A stretch of DNA of 64,000 nucleotides from an uncultured Ignavibacteriaceae bacterium (GCA_964480945.1 CAYZRX010000002.1:5009-69008), one strand, 5' to 3'; shown: positions 47,329 through 57,850, numbered from the stretch's first letter. A program made the numbers and translations. The notes: a model not told the origin generated them from the sequence alone.

Positions 47329-50046
47329 TTACTCCAGGAGCTGCGACAGGTTCCCCTGCAGCTTCTCGACGCTCGTCTTGAAGCTGGTCAGCTTCTCTCT
47401 CTCCCGCTCGACGACCTCTTTCGGTGCGCGTTCGACGAACGATGCAGTACCGAGCTTCCGGCTGATGCTTTCGATCGCCTCCTGCAACCGCGCAATCTCT
47501 TTCTCTAGCCGGCCGCGCTCGGCCCCGAGATCGATCAGTCCCTCGAGCGGAACGAAGATCTCCGATCCGTTCACCACGGCGCTCGATGCGAACTTCGGTT
47601 TCGCGGGCGACGTCAGACTCTCAATATCGGAAACACGAGCCAGCTTCTTCAGGTATTTGCCGTACGTGTCGAAGATCGCGCCGCTCGCCCCGTCACCGAA
47701 ACGGACCTTCACGACGATTTCCTTCGAGGGCGAGATATTGTTCTCTCCGCGAATGTTCCGCACCGCGTTGATGAGGTTCTGAATGAACGCCATATCGTCT
47801 TCGGCCTTCCGGTCAATCCACCGCTCGTCGACGGTTGGAAACGAAGCCTGCATGATCGACCGCCCCTTTCGCTCGGCGAGATGCTGCCACAGCTCCTCTG
47901 TGACAAACGGCATCAAGGGATGCAGCATCCGAAGCGCCTGGTCGAAGATCCAGAGCGCTCGCTCGAGAACGGCGCGCTTCACATCGATCCCCTCGTCGCT
48001 GTAGAATCGGGTTTTCGCGAGCTCGACGTACCAATCGCAGAAGTCATGCCAGATGAAATCGTACAAGATCTTGCTCGACTCATTGAGGTGAAACTCGCCC
48101 AGCGCCGCGTCGAAATCTCCGACGGCGTGGTTGAGACGCGAAAGAATCCAGCGGTCAGCGAGATCAAGGTGCTCGAGGGACAGTGTGCGCATCTCTTCAT
48201 CCCTTAATCCGCTGTTCAGTTCTGCCTTGTTCATCAGCAGAAAGCGTCCTGCATTCCAGATCTTGTTGGCGAAGTTGCGTCCGATTTCGCACTTTTCCGA
48301 CGAGAAGAGGACGTCCTGGCCGAGCGGCGCCAGGTATGCGACCGTAAACCGGAGCGCGTCCGACCCATACTGGTCGATCACGTCGAGCGGGTCGGGTGAA
48401 TTGCCGAGCGACTTGCTCATCTTCCGGCCGCCGACATCGCGGATGATGCTCGTGAAGTACACATCGCGGAAGGGGATGAGGTCCTCGTCGCGTTCGCGCG
48501 GTTTCCCGTCAAGTCGCGGTTCGCCCCGGAGAAACTCCATGTTTGCCATGATCATCCGGGCAACCCAGAAGAAGATAATATCCGGTCCCGTGACGAGCGT
48601 GTCCGTCGGATTGAAGTAGCGCAGATCCTCGCTGTCGCGCGGCCATCCAAGCGTGGAGAACGGCCAGAGCCACGATGAGAACCATGTGTCCAGCACGTCG
48701 TCGTCCTGGCGGATGGGAGTGTGTTCATCGAGCTCGAGTTTCTTGCGGGCTTCGTTTTCGTCGCGAGCGGCCGTCAATCGTCCGTCCGGGGCGTAGTACA
48801 CGGGGATCCGATGCCCCCACCAGATCTGACGGGAGATGCACCAGTCGCGGATGTTCGTCATCCAGTGCTCGTACACTTTCTCCCACCGCTGCGGATGGAA
48901 GCGTATCTTCCCTTCACGCACCACGCGCAGCGCGGGTTCCGCCAGGGGTTTCATCTTCACGAACCACTGATCGGAGAGGTATGGCTCGATCACCGTGTGG
49001 CACCGGTAGCATTTTCCGACGTTGTGTTTGTACGGCTCGACTTTCAGCAAGCACCCCTGTGCTTCGAGATCCTTGACGATCTGCTTCCGGCACGCGAAGC
49101 GTTCCAGACCGGCGTACTGCTTCGGCACGGACGCGTTGAGGTACCCGCGCTCGTCGAAAATATTGACCTGCTCGAGATTGTGCCGCTGACCGATCAGGAA
49201 ATCGTTCGGGTCGTGGGCGGGGGTGACCTTGACCATGCCGGTGCCGAACGTCTCGTCGACGTAATCGTCCGCGATGATCGGCAACTTGCGGCCTACGAGC
49301 GGAAGGACCGCGTTCTTGCCGATCAGGTTCTTGTAGCGCTCGTCGCGTGGGCTGACAGCGACGGCCGTGTCGCCCAGCATCGTTTCGGGCCGCGTCGTCG
49401 CCACGACGGCAAACTCCCCCGTTCCTTCGATAGGGTACTTGATGTGCCACAGGTGGCCGTCCGACTCGGCATACTCCACCTCGTCGTCACTCAGCGCTGT
49501 CTGGTGGAACGGGCACCAGTTGACGATGTACTTGCCGCGGTAGACCAAACCCTTCTCGAACATCCTCACGAAAACCTCCCGCACCGCCTCGGACAGTCCT
49601 TCATCCATCGTGAAGCGCTCCCGCTGCCAGTCGCACGAGCAGCCGAGCTTCCGCAATTGCCTGATGATCGTCCGGCCGTACTGTTCTCTCCACTGCCAGA
49701 CTCGTTCAACGAACTTCTCGCGTCCGACATCGTGGCGCTTGAGCCCCTCTTTGGCGAGAGCCTTCTCAACGGCGTTCTGCGTGGCGATGCCGGCGTGATC
49801 GGTGCCCGGGACCCAGCACGCTTCATACCCCTGCATCCGCTTCCACCGAACAAGGATGTCCTGGATCGTGTTGTTCAGGACGTGGCCCATCGTCAGGATG
49901 CCTGTGATGTTCGGCGGGGGGATGACGATCGTATACGGCGTCTTCTCCCTGTTGACCGTAGCGTGAAAGAGGTTGTGGGAATCCCAATGCCGGTACCACT
50001 TGTCTTCGACCTCTTTCGGATTGTATGCCTTTGGAAGCTCTTGCAT
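47329..50046 (-). CDS. valS: valine--tRNA ligase
   Basis: HIGH-class motif PPPNITGILTMGHVLN. KMSKS. Editing domain. C-terminal coiled coil. 905 aa. Confidence 0.95.
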   Translation of the reverse strand: MQELPKAYNPKEVEDKWYRHWDSHNLFHATVNREKTPYTIVIPPPNITGILTMGHVLNNTIQDILVRWKRMQGYEACWVPGTDHAGIATQNAVEKALAKEGLKRHDVGREKFVERVWQWREQYGRTIIRQLRKLGCSCDWQRERFTMDEGLSEAVREVFVRMFEKGLVYRGKYIVNWCPFHQTALSDDEVEYAESDGHLWHIKYPIEGTGEFAVVATTRPETMLGDTAVAVSPRDERYKNLIGKNAVLPLVGRKLPIIADDYVDETFGTGMVKVTPAHDPNDFLIGQRHNLEQVNIFDERGYLNASVPKQYAGLERFACRKQIVKDLEAQGCLLKVEPYKHNVGKCYRCHTVIEPYLSDQWFVKMKPLAEPALRVVREGKIRFHPQRWEKVYEHWMTNIRDWCISRQIWWGHRIPVYYAPDGRLTAARDENEARKKLELDEHTPIRQDDDVLDTWFSSWLWPFSTLGWPRDSEDLRYFNPTDTLVTGPDIIFFWVARMIMANMEFLRGEPRLDGKPRERDEDLIPFRDVYFTSIIRDVGGRKMSKSLGNSPDPLDVIDQYGSDALRFTVAYLAPLGQDVLFSSEKCEIGRNFANKIWNAGRFLLMNKAELNSGLRDEEMRTLSLEHLDLADRWILSRLNHAVGDFDAALGEFHLNESSKILYDFIWHDFCDWYVELAKTRFYSDEGIDVKRAVLERALWIFDQALRMLHPLMPFVTEELWQHLAERKGRSIMQASFPTVDERWIDRKAEDDMAFIQNLINAVRNIRGENNISPSKEIVVKVRFGDGASGAIFDTYGKYLKKLARVSDIESLTSPAKPKFASSAVVNGSEIFVPLEGLIDLGAERGRLEKEIARLQEAIESISRKLGTASFVERAPKEVVEREREKLTSFKTSVEKLQGNLSQLLE

Positions 50047-50359
50047 TTCAGGAGTTGGGGGAAGAAGTGAGGTTCGCTCGACTCAATAAACGAAAATTCA
50101 GTATGGAAATCAACGACGCGGCCGGGTGCGCTCCTATTCCGTCGAAGTGTCACGACCCTCACCGGAGCACCATCCTCAATTTCGTCGCAGCGCTTGCGAA
50201 GTGGTTTCCTGTACAAAGAGACGGGGCAACGGGAACGGCCGCCGGGAGGATTGCGGACTAAGACGCGAATCGCCGCTTCGAGTCTGGAAGGAGCACGGCA
50301 GAGTGGTGGGGGAGTATGAGACGAAGATGGAGAACGGGAGAGCCCTCGCCAGGTTCACC

Positions 50360-51550
50360 CTACCGGCGCGATGGCTCCGTGACAAGCAATGAGATCGTCA
50401 GATCCGATTCATTGCCCGCGAGATCCCATGCGGCAATTTTCAATTCGTGGCGGCCGGGTATGAGGTTCGCGGCCTCAATGACGCCTGCGCCCTCGGGCAG
50501 ACGATCGTAGAAGGGAAGCCGGTTCCCGGGCTGTATGTACAGTTTCTCGAATCGACCCCTTCGTCGGAGGGCGGGCGTTCGGTCAAAATACCAACCGATC
50601 TCGTGGACTTCCACGTCAGGCATAAACTTCTTTGCTGAAACGAAGAGGCGCTCGCCGTCGAGGAATGTTTCGAACCGGTATGCGCCAATCTTGTATTTCG
50701 GCGCGTCAGATCGGTCAGTGACTCTGACACTGACCCCGATGGGCCCTGACACACGCAGCGGGCCACGCGCGAGGTACTCGCTCGGTCCCAATCGTCTCAC
50801 GTCGCCGACCCACAGGCTCGCTCTGCCCCTGACACGGGAGGCCCGATCAAGTGGAGACAATGCGATCATGCGAAACACCGGAGGAACCGTGTCCTGCAAG
50901 AGGGAGGCGAAGTGTGGAAGCATGAGGGGATTAATCGGGTTCATACAGGAATCCCGAACTTCAAAATGAAGATGTGCTGAGCCCACCCCCGTGTCGCCAG
51001 TGTAGGCAATGATCTCTCCTTTGCGGACGGGGAACATCGTGCTATCGACGTCGATCTCGAGCGAGTACCTCTTCTGTTGTTTCTGGTATTTTCTGACGTA
51101 GGTGTCGATCGAGTCTTTGAACTTCTGCAGGTGAGCGTAGAGCGTGACGAACCCGTCGCGGTGACGGATAGAGAGCATCTTGCCGTAGCCCCGCCGTGAG
51201 ACTTGGATGTGCCGCACGTAGCCGTCACGCGTCGCATACACCGGATATCCCCTCTGCTTGTTGGTAGAGATGTCGATCCCTTCGTGGAAATGGGTTTGGC
51301 GATAGTCGGCAAATGAAGAGGTGATGGTCGTGCTGGCGTTCGTCGGCCAGATGTAGTCCCGAAGGTCCGTCCGGAGCGTGTCGAAAGGAGCATAGATTTC
51401 ATCGAGAAGGCTGATGGGAGGGCTCGCTTCCTTGCGATGAGAAGGGGAGGAGGAACCGCCGGGGAACGCGAGGAGAACGCACGTGAACAAAAGAGCTGCT
51501 GCGATCTGCATTCTGGTCAGTTCCAACGAAAGCCCTCTCTGATGGTTCAT
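50360..51550 (-). CDS. M23-family (LytM-like) metallopeptidase, secreted
   Basis: HFHEGIDI (HxxxD) and GDTGVGSAHLHFEV (HxH). Start placed at Met 72 (MNHQRG...) to give a plausible signal peptide. Track ORF extends 71 aa further upstream with R/H-rich junk. Confidence 0.75.
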   Translation of the reverse strand: MNHQRGLSLELTRMQIAAALLFTCVLLAFPGGSSSPSHRKEASPPISLLDEIYAPFDTLRTDLRDYIWPTNASTTITSSFADYRQTHFHEGIDISTNKQRGYPVYATRDGYVRHIQVSRRGYGKMLSIRHRDGFVTLYAHLQKFKDSIDTYVRKYQKQQKRYSLEIDVDSTMFPVRKGEIIAYTGDTGVGSAHLHFEVRDSCMNPINPLMLPHFASLLQDTVPPVFRMIALSPLDRASRVRGRASLWVGDVRRLGPSEYLARGPLRVSGPIGVSVRVTDRSDAPKYKIGAYRFETFLDGERLFVSAKKFMPDVEVHEIGWYFDRTPALRRRGRFEKLYIQPGNRLPFYDRLPEGAGVIEAANLIPGRHELKIAAWDLAGNESDLTISLLVTEPSRR

Positions 51551-51555
51551 CCGGC

Positions 51556-51933
51556 CTAGATCAGTTTCCCGAGCACATACCCGATCGTGATGCCGGTGAG
51601 CAAAGCGACCGTTATCACTCTGTAATTCAGAACGTCTTTCGAGTAGCCCCTCCGGATCGCGACGATGGAGACAAGATACCCAATGCCGTTCAGGAGCCAG
51701 AGGAATGGAAGGGAGAGAACGTGTGCGATGATGGGTCCGACGACGGGAACGAGGCCGATCCATGCCAAGAGGGCTGCGAATGCCTGTCCCAGAATCCCCA
51801 CCAGCAGCACCATCAGCGCAACGATGTTCTTGTCGACCCGGTAGTGGACGCCGATCTCAATCAGGAGAATGATCAGGCACCACGCAATAAGCGCGTTCCG
51901 GTAATTGCCCAGGAACTGTCTGATCTTGTTCAT
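51556..51933 (-). CDS. integral membrane protein (hypothetical, 125 aa)
   Basis: Four predicted TM segments. 4-nt overlap with the upstream FAH gene and 5-nt gap to the M23 gene. Confidence 0.45.
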   Translation of the reverse strand: MNKIRQFLGNYRNALIAWCLIILLIEIGVHYRVDKNIVALMVLLVGILGQAFAALLAWIGLVPVVGPIIAHVLSLPFLWLLNGIGYLVSIVAIRRGYSKDVLNYRVITVALLTGITIGYVLGKLI

Positions 51934-52619
51934 CCACCGACAGGTGCTTGCTGAACAGTCACGCTCAGTGAGCTGATGGGATTGCCCTCAGGAGAAAGCA
52001 GCTGTGCGTCGAGCCTATCCCCGGGGACCGCCGGCGCAACCCCCTCCGGCGTCCCGGTGAAGATGATGTCCCCACGCTCGAAGGTGAAGAACTGGGAAAT
52101 GTATGCAATCAGCTCGTCCACCTTGAAGAGGAAGTTCCGGGTGTTGGACTGCTGCCGGGTCGTTCTGTTGACGTCGAGTCTGAGCCCGAGATTGTGGGGG
52201 TCGGGGACGTCGCTTGCGGGTGCGAAGCTGGAGATCGGTGCCGATGTGTCGAACGCTTTCGACAGCGTCCAGGGCAGCCCCTTTTTCTTCGCGTCGTTCT
52301 GGATGTCCCTCATGGTCATATCAAGTCCGATTCCATATCCGGCCACGTGGTTGAAAGCGTTGCCGCGCTGGATATTTTTCCCCCCTTTCCCGATGAGTAC
52401 AGTCATCTCCACTTCATGATGGAATTCCCGCGAGATTGAAGGCGCAAAAACAATTCCCCCGTCGCTGATGAGTGCGGTCGTCGGCTTCAGAAAAAACACG
52501 GGCGATTCAGGGATAGCGTCCTTCATCTCCCTTGCATGTTCAGCATAGTTCCTGCCGACGCAAAAGATTTTCTTTATCTCGAGTTCTTCGTCTGTCCGAT
52601 TGATGTGCGCGAAGGGCAT
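51930..52619 (-). CDS. fumarylacetoacetate hydrolase (FAH) family protein
   Basis: IFCVGRNYAEHA...PVFFLKP and GDIIFTGTPEGV motifs of the FAH/HpcE-like fold. Confidence 0.8.
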   Translation of the reverse strand: MPFAHINRTDEELEIKKIFCVGRNYAEHAREMKDAIPESPVFFLKPTTALISDGGIVFAPSISREFHHEVEMTVLIGKGGKNIQRGNAFNHVAGYGIGLDMTMRDIQNDAKKKGLPWTLSKAFDTSAPISSFAPASDVPDPHNLGLRLDVNRTTRQQSNTRNFLFKVDELIAYISQFFTFERGDIIFTGTPEGVAPAVPGDRLDAQLLSPEGNPISSLSVTVQQAPVGG

Positions 52620-52883
52620 GGGCTTTCCGTCTCGGAATCGTTCCTGATTTGATCAGATAAAATATAGGCAAGTCGCGTGATTTTCGCAATAGAATCGTGA
52701 AGCACAGGCAGATACGCGGAACTTTTGGGAAGGAAGGACGCTGCTGGCGATCGCTCGGTATCGCGAGGACGATGACTCAGCCAGCGCGTTGCGCACGCTC
52801 GCGGATCCGCCGCTGTCGTTGAGGAGAGGCGCGGGCAAGATTCTCCTTGTTCACATGAAGAAAAACTGGTATCTTCGAACCGG

Positions 52884-53906
52884 TTGCCACAAGATGAAAT
52901 GCCGGGAAAAACGACCTACAAGGACGCCGGTGTCGACATCGAAGCCGGAGAACATCTGGTGCGACGGATTAAAGCGGGGGTTCGCTCCACGTTCAGTCGC
53001 CACGTCCTGACGGACATCGGCGCGTTCGGTGCATTCTATCGCGCAGAGTTCAGGGGCTTCCGCAAGCCTGTTCTGGTTTCCAGTGTGGACGGCGTCGGGA
53101 CGAAGCTCAAGATCGCGTTCGCGATGAACAGGCACGACACCGTGGGGCAGGACCTGGTCAACCATTGTGTCAACGACATTCTTGTGTGCGGAGCCAAGCC
53201 GCTCTACTTTCTCGATTATTTTGCCACGGGAAAGCTCTCGCCCGATGTCGCCGGACGGGTGATATCGGGATTCGTCAAGGCGTGCAAGGAGAACGGCTGC
53301 TCGCTGGTGGGTGGAGAAACGGCTGAGATGCCCGGCTTCTATGCAGAGGGGGAGTACGATCTCGCAGGCACCATCGTCGGCGTCGTTGATCAAGGGAGCA
53401 TCTTGGGCGGGAAGAAGGTCAAGCCCGGCGACGTGCTGATCGGCTTGCCGTCGACAGGGCTGCACACGAACGGATACTCTCTGGCGCGAGCCGTCCTGTT
53501 GAGTCGGTTTGATCTCGATCAGTATTTCGAAGAGCTGAGAGCCACTCTCGGCGACGAGCTCTTAAGGGTGCACCGATCGTATTTTGGGGCGATCTATCCC
53601 CTTCTTCAAAAAAACAAGATCAACGGGATGTCGCATATCACCGGCGGAGGGATTGAGGGGAACACCGTTCGCGTTCTCCCGAAGGGTTTCAAGCTCAAGA
53701 TCGACTGGCGCGCGTGGGAACGGCCGGCGATCTTCCGATTGATTCAACAGGTCGGGAACGTTCCGGAAGTGGATATGCGGCGAACGTTCAATCTTGGTGT
53801 GGGGTTGATCTTGATCAGTTCGCGCACGGCTGCTGACGGGATCCTGCGGGCGTTGAAACGAAAACGGGAATCCCCGTTCATCATAGGGGAGGTCAGTAGG
53901 GGGTAG
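52884..53906 (+). CDS. purM: phosphoribosylformylglycinamidine cyclo-ligase (AIR synthetase)
   Basis: [28 protein letters not shown] at 52884; alternative ATG at 52899 ([13 protein letters not shown]) is equally plausible. Confidence 0.9.
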   Translation: MPQDEMPGKTTYKDAGVDIEAGEHLVRRIKAGVRSTFSRHVLTDIGAFGAFYRAEFRGFRKPVLVSSVDGVGTKLKIAFAMNRHDTVGQDLVNHCVNDILVCGAKPLYFLDYFATGKLSPDVAGRVISGFVKACKENGCSLVGGETAEMPGFYAEGEYDLAGTIVGVVDQGSILGGKKVKPGDVLIGLPSTGLHTNGYSLARAVLLSRFDLDQYFEELRATLGDELLRVHRSYFGAIYPLLQKNKINGMSHITGGGIEGNTVRVLPKGFKLKIDWRAWERPAIFRLIQQVGNVPEVDMRRTFNLGVGLILISSRTAADGILRALKRKRESPFIIGEVSRG

Positions 53907-53936
53907 CCCAGAGCGCGACTGAAAAGAGGCTTTCCA

Positions 53937-54422
53937 ATGAATCCCGGCTTGGGGGAAAATCCTACCGTCATTCAGCTCATTCAGTGGATTCTTGCGCCGG
54001 CGGTGATGATCAACGCCTGCGGACTACTTTTTTTGGCGACCAGCAACAAATACTCGATGGTGCTGAATCGGATCCGGCTCTTGAATGAAGAGAAACGGAA
54101 GCTCGCGAAGAAGCTTGCCGAGGCGCACTTCGAAGAGACATTACGTCTTGAGAGCCTTGTGCGCCAGATCGGACAGCTGATGGATCGCGGGAAGCTCCTC
54201 AGGAATTCGGTGATGTGCTACACCGGAGCGATCGCACTCTTCATCCTGACATCGCTCCTCATCGGTGGCGGCTTTTTCAGCGCGATGCTTCGATCGAACG
54301 TTCTGATTGCGGCGTCGTTTCTCCTGGGGATGGCGACGGCCTTTGTCGGAGTTCTCTATTCTTTCTTGGATGCGAAGCGGGGTTACGAAATCGTTCGGTT
54401 CGATGTTCAGGTGGATGAGTAG
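53937..54422 (+). CDS. DUF2721-like two-TM membrane protein (hypothetical)
   Basis: Hydrophobic segment APAVMINACGLLFLATS, a charged coiled region, then a second TM segment. 161 aa. Confidence 0.45.
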   Translation: MNPGLGENPTVIQLIQWILAPAVMINACGLLFLATSNKYSMVLNRIRLLNEEKRKLAKKLAEAHFEETLRLESLVRQIGQLMDRGKLLRNSVMCYTGAIALFILTSLLIGGGFFSAMLRSNVLIAASFLLGMATAFVGVLYSFLDAKRGYEIVRFDVQVDE

Positions 54423-54432
54423 CGGGGCTCGA

Positions 54433-54996
54433 ATGGTCACGATCCCCATCGAGGAGGGGCTCTCCCTCCGTTCCCTGGAGCAGGAGGACGCGAAGGAACT
54501 GTTCGCGCTCACTGACTCGGGCCGCGCGTATCTCCGCCGCTGGCTGCCGTGGCTTGATGCAACGCGGAGCTTACAGGATACCCGCTTGTTCATCGAGTCG
54601 GCCCAGCGCCAATCCGCGGCGAACCTGGGCTTTCAAAGCGGAATCTGGAGCGACGGGCGTCTGGTGGGGGTTATCGGCTATCATCATGTCGACTGGCCGA
54701 ATCGTTCCACGAACATCGGCTACTGGCTGGGAGAACAAAACCAGGGCCGGGGATTGATGACGAAGGCGACGCGCGCCCTGGTCGATTATGCGTTCGACGT
54801 CTGGCACATGAACCGCGTCGAAATCCGCTGCGCGGTCGAGAACATCAAGAGCCGGGCGATCCCGGAGCGCCTGGGATTCAAGAGTGAGGGTCTGCTCCGT
54901 GAGGCCGAGTGGCTTTACGATCATTTTGTGGATCACGTCGTCTATGGGATGGTTGCAAAGGAATGGGATGAGCTTCGCCGCAACGCGACCCGATAG
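54433..54996 (+). CDS. GNAT-family N-acetyltransferase (RimJ/RimL-like, Acetyltransf_3)
   Basis: LRSLEQEDAKELFAL. GYWLGEQNQGRGLMT. Start placed at the internal Met MVTIPIEEG. The upstream part of the track ORF overlaps the previous gene. Confidence 0.7.
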   Translation: MVTIPIEEGLSLRSLEQEDAKELFALTDSGRAYLRRWLPWLDATRSLQDTRLFIESAQRQSAANLGFQSGIWSDGRLVGVIGYHHVDWPNRSTNIGYWLGEQNQGRGLMTKATRALVDYAFDVWHMNRVEIRCAVENIKSRAIPERLGFKSEGLLREAEWLYDHFVDHVVYGMVAKEWDELRRNATR

Positions 54997-55053
54997 TGCG
55001 CGGCATCGTTCCGCTGCGACCGCGCGCCGGGCGAGGTACCATCTCGCCGGCTC

Positions 55054-56892
55054 ATGCTGCGACTGGAAAGGTCCGGATCAGGTTTGAGACAATTCATGGC
55101 TCCCGATTGGCAATCTCCTGATAATCTTGGTTTCCTCTCGCCGGAGGAAATCCGCACGCGCTTGCTTGAGGCGCAGGAGTTCAGCGCCCGGGTGAACACC
55201 CTCAGCGAGCTCTCTCTGAAGATTGACGGGGCCCGTTCGCGCGAGGAGATCGTTCGTACGTTGAGAGAGAGCGTCAAGCATCTCATCGACGGTGAGTGTG
55301 CGTTCCTGAGCCTCCTCAGTCAGAACAAGACCCACTATGTTATCAGCACGCTCTCCCCGTTGATGGACGCGATCGAGCTTGACCACAAGCACTTCTCGGT
55401 TGAGATCGGGATGCCCGGATGGGCAATCCAGAACGCCGCAAGTATTGTCGTCGACATCGAATCGGCTCCTTCCTTTCATCCGTCGTTGGAAGGGAAGCTC
55501 AAGGACCTCGGGATCAGTTCGCTCATCATCGTGCCGCTGCGCTCGAGCGAGGATATTCTCGGAGCCCTCCTGTTCGGATCGTCGAAGCCGAACGCGTACA
55601 TCGAAGCGGACCTCTGGCTCGCGCAACTGTTGGCCCTGCAGGTCTCCGTCACCCTTCGCCATACGATGTTGCTCGAGCGGGCCCAGAAGCGCGTCGTGCA
55701 GATCGGGCTTGTCAACCTTGTGGCGAGCAAGCTGACCTCGTCGCTTGACATCGATGAGCTGCTGAACTCGGCCTCCGATTCGATCCAAACGAACTTCCAG
55801 TACTTCGACGTGACGATCTTGTTGGTGAACCGCGAGGAGAACGAGCTGATTCTGACGGCTCACGCGGGGAATTATGTCGATTTCCTGCCTCACGGGTACC
55901 GGCAGAAGATCAGCCACGGTATTGTCGGATGGGTCGCCGAGCACGGACAGTCCGTGCTGGCCAACGATGTGTCGCTCGATCCGCGCTACCTTGCCTATCA
56001 ATATCACAACACCAACTCGGAACTCGCCCTTCCGATCATCATCGACAACGAAGTTGTAGGCGTCCTGAACGTTGAGGACACGAAGCTCTATGCGTTTGAC
56101 GAAACCGACGTCGTCGTGCTGGAGACGCTCTGCGACCAGCTCGCGAGCGCCATTCATAACGCGAAGCTCTTCGATCAGATCAAAAAGGCCAACCAGCGCC
56201 TGGTCGAGCTCGACAGGTTGAAGACGGACTTCGTGGGGATCGTCTCGCACGATTTCCGGACTCCCCTTTCAACGATCATGCTCGCGGCGAAATCCCTTCT
56301 TCGCAGAGAGATCAGCCCGGAACGGCTGCGGGAATACCTGAACATCATCGTGGACCAGGCGGACAAACTCAGCAAGCTTGCGGAGGACACCCTCTCGTTT
56401 GCCAAGATCGAGTCGGGTCAGCTCAACTACCAGTTCAAAGTGGTGAACGTCGAGGCCATCATCCAGGAGGCAGTCTCGATGGTGAAGGTCTCGGCGGGGC
56501 ACTCCTTCGAATCTTCCGTCGACCTGAACTGTTCCTTCGTACGAGGGGACCAGAACAAGCTGCGTCAGGTGCTGCAGAACCTGATCTCCAATGCTGTGAA
56601 GTACTCTCCGGCGGGGGGGCAGATCAAGGTGATCGTGACACCGAGCGATCAACCCGACGAAGTGCTCTTTGCCGTCGGCGATCAGGGTCTCGGGATCCCG
56701 GAAGAGTACCTGGGAAGGCTCTTTCAGAAGTATACCCGGGTTGATTCGGGCGAAGCGGGGAAGATCAAGGGCACGGGCCTCGGGCTCTGGATTTGCCGCG
56801 AGATCATCAAGGCGCACGGCGGAAGAATCTGGGTCGAAAGCGAAGTGGGGAAGGGGAGCACATTCAAATTCTGCGTGAAGAAGGGAAACTAG
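55054..56892 (+). CDS. sensor histidine kinase with two GAF domains (orphan, cytoplasmic)
   Basis: HisKA H-box SHDFRTPLSTI. HATPase N-box LISNAVKYS. G-boxes DQGLGIPEE and GTGLGLWICREI. Two GAF-like segments upstream. No TM helices. Confidence 0.8.
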   Translation: MLRLERSGSGLRQFMAPDWQSPDNLGFLSPEEIRTRLLEAQEFSARVNTLSELSLKIDGARSREEIVRTLRESVKHLIDGECAFLSLLSQNKTHYVISTLSPLMDAIELDHKHFSVEIGMPGWAIQNAASIVVDIESAPSFHPSLEGKLKDLGISSLIIVPLRSSEDILGALLFGSSKPNAYIEADLWLAQLLALQVSVTLRHTMLLERAQKRVVQIGLVNLVASKLTSSLDIDELLNSASDSIQTNFQYFDVTILLVNREENELILTAHAGNYVDFLPHGYRQKISHGIVGWVAEHGQSVLANDVSLDPRYLAYQYHNTNSELALPIIIDNEVVGVLNVEDTKLYAFDETDVVVLETLCDQLASAIHNAKLFDQIKKANQRLVELDRLKTDFVGIVSHDFRTPLSTIMLAAKSLLRREISPERLREYLNIIVDQADKLSKLAEDTLSFAKIESGQLNYQFKVVNVEAIIQEAVSMVKVSAGHSFESSVDLNCSFVRGDQNKLRQVLQNLISNAVKYSPAGGQIKVIVTPSDQPDEVLFAVGDQGLGIPEEYLGRLFQKYTRVDSGEAGKIKGTGLGLWICREIIKAHGGRIWVESEVGKGSTFKFCVKKGN

Positions 56893-56938
56893 CGCTATTT
56901 CCAAAAAATGGTCTCGTGTTCTTTAAACCTCACCCTGT

Positions 56939-57107
56939 CCCTCTCCTAATGCCGAAGGCATCCCTTCGGGAGAGGAGAGGGGACAAAATCCCTTCCCCTC
57001 CTAGGGGAAGGTTAGGATGGGGTCTTCTCAATCGAATTCCAATTCACAACAAAATACTCAGCCGAAGGCTTGAGCCCGAGGCTCATCCGCCTCAGGTGGA
57101 GATGAGC
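56939..57107. repeat. GC-rich nested palindromic (REP-like) hairpin cluster in the convergent intergenic region
   Basis: CCCTCTCC(56939-46)/GGAGAGGG(56974-81) enclosing CCGAAGG/CCTTCGG. CCTTCCCC(56991-98)/GGGGAAGG(57004-11). TGAGCC/GGCTCA(57070-84). GCTCATC/GATGAGC(57081-107). GCCGAAGGC occurs twice. Confidence 0.5.
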
Positions 57108-57172
57108 CTTTGGCTCAAAGATTACTTTCTTGAATAGGCACTAGTTACCGCCGCCCCACAGGCACAACGTGC

Positions 57173-57850
57173 CTACGACGCGGAGAAGGTAAACGGATTG
57201 AAGTTTGTTCCGCGATCGTACCAGTCGACTTCTTCCTCTCTCTTCAGCCAGCCTACGATGATGTATGTGATCGGCGTGAAGACTGCCTCCACGCCGCATT
57301 TGAAGATGTAGTTCGATACGATCACGCCGGTGAGAAGGCTCGAAGACAGCAGTCCTCCGAAAGCGATCGTGGCGAACAAAGCCGTATCAACTCCCTCGCC
57401 GATAAGTGTCGACCCGATCGTTCGCGTCCAGAGCCAGCGGCCGCGGGTGAACAACTTCATTTTCGCCAGCACGTACGAATTCGAGAACTCACCTGCCCAG
57501 TACGCGATCAGACTTGCGATGACGATCCTGGGCGTCATGCCCAGGATCTTCTCATACGCTTCCTGATTCGGCCAGTCACGCGCCGCCGGCAACACCCCCA
57601 CGACCCCGAACACGATCGACATCACCGCCGCGGCGATGAATCCCAGCCAGATCACTTTCCGCGACCGCCGATACCCGTACACCTCGGTGAGGATGTCGCC
57701 GAAGATGTAACTCACAGGAAAGATCAGCGTTCCGCCATCGAACGTGAACCAGCCGAAGTCGACTATCTTGGTGGACGCGACGTTCGAGATGAGCAACACG
57801 GCCACAAAGAGGCCCGTGATCGTATCGAGATGTTTGTACTGTCTTTCCAT
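57173..57850 (-). CDS. yhhQ: queuosine precursor transporter (YhhQ/DUF165 family)
   Basis: VSYIFGDILTEVYGY and multi-TM topology typical of YhhQ. Start placed at Met 27 (MERQYKHLDTITGLF) with AGGGAG upstream. Confidence 0.7.
   Translation of the reverse strand: MERQYKHLDTITGLFVAVLLISNVASTKIVDFGWFTFDGGTLIFPVSYIFGDILTEVYGYRRSRKVIWLGFIAAAVMSIVFGVVGVLPAARDWPNQEAYEKILGMTPRIVIASLIAYWAGEFSNSYVLAKMKLFTRGRWLWTRTIGSTLIGEGVDTALFATIAFGGLLSSSLLTGVIVSNYIFKCGVEAVFTPITYIIVGWLKREEEVDWYDRGTNFNPFTFSAS

Noticed and set aside
50047-50359. T-box leader or small gene upstream of valS (ORFs 50126..50392, 49893..50216).
   Set aside because: No T-box specifier/antiterminator features. The ORFs are arginine-rich with no support.
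9386-56250. Numerous long ORFs antisense to confident genes. Examples: 9386..10219(-), 10543..11421(-), 12260..13363(-), 16431..17537(-), 22990..24231(+), 29240..30496(+), 32755..33711(-), 37509..38486(+), 39358..40779(+), 48721..50070(+), 55078..56250(-), 61406..62410(+).
   Set aside because: High-GC artefacts. They are R/A/G/P-rich with no motifs, and each lies fully inside a well-supported gene on the opposite strand.
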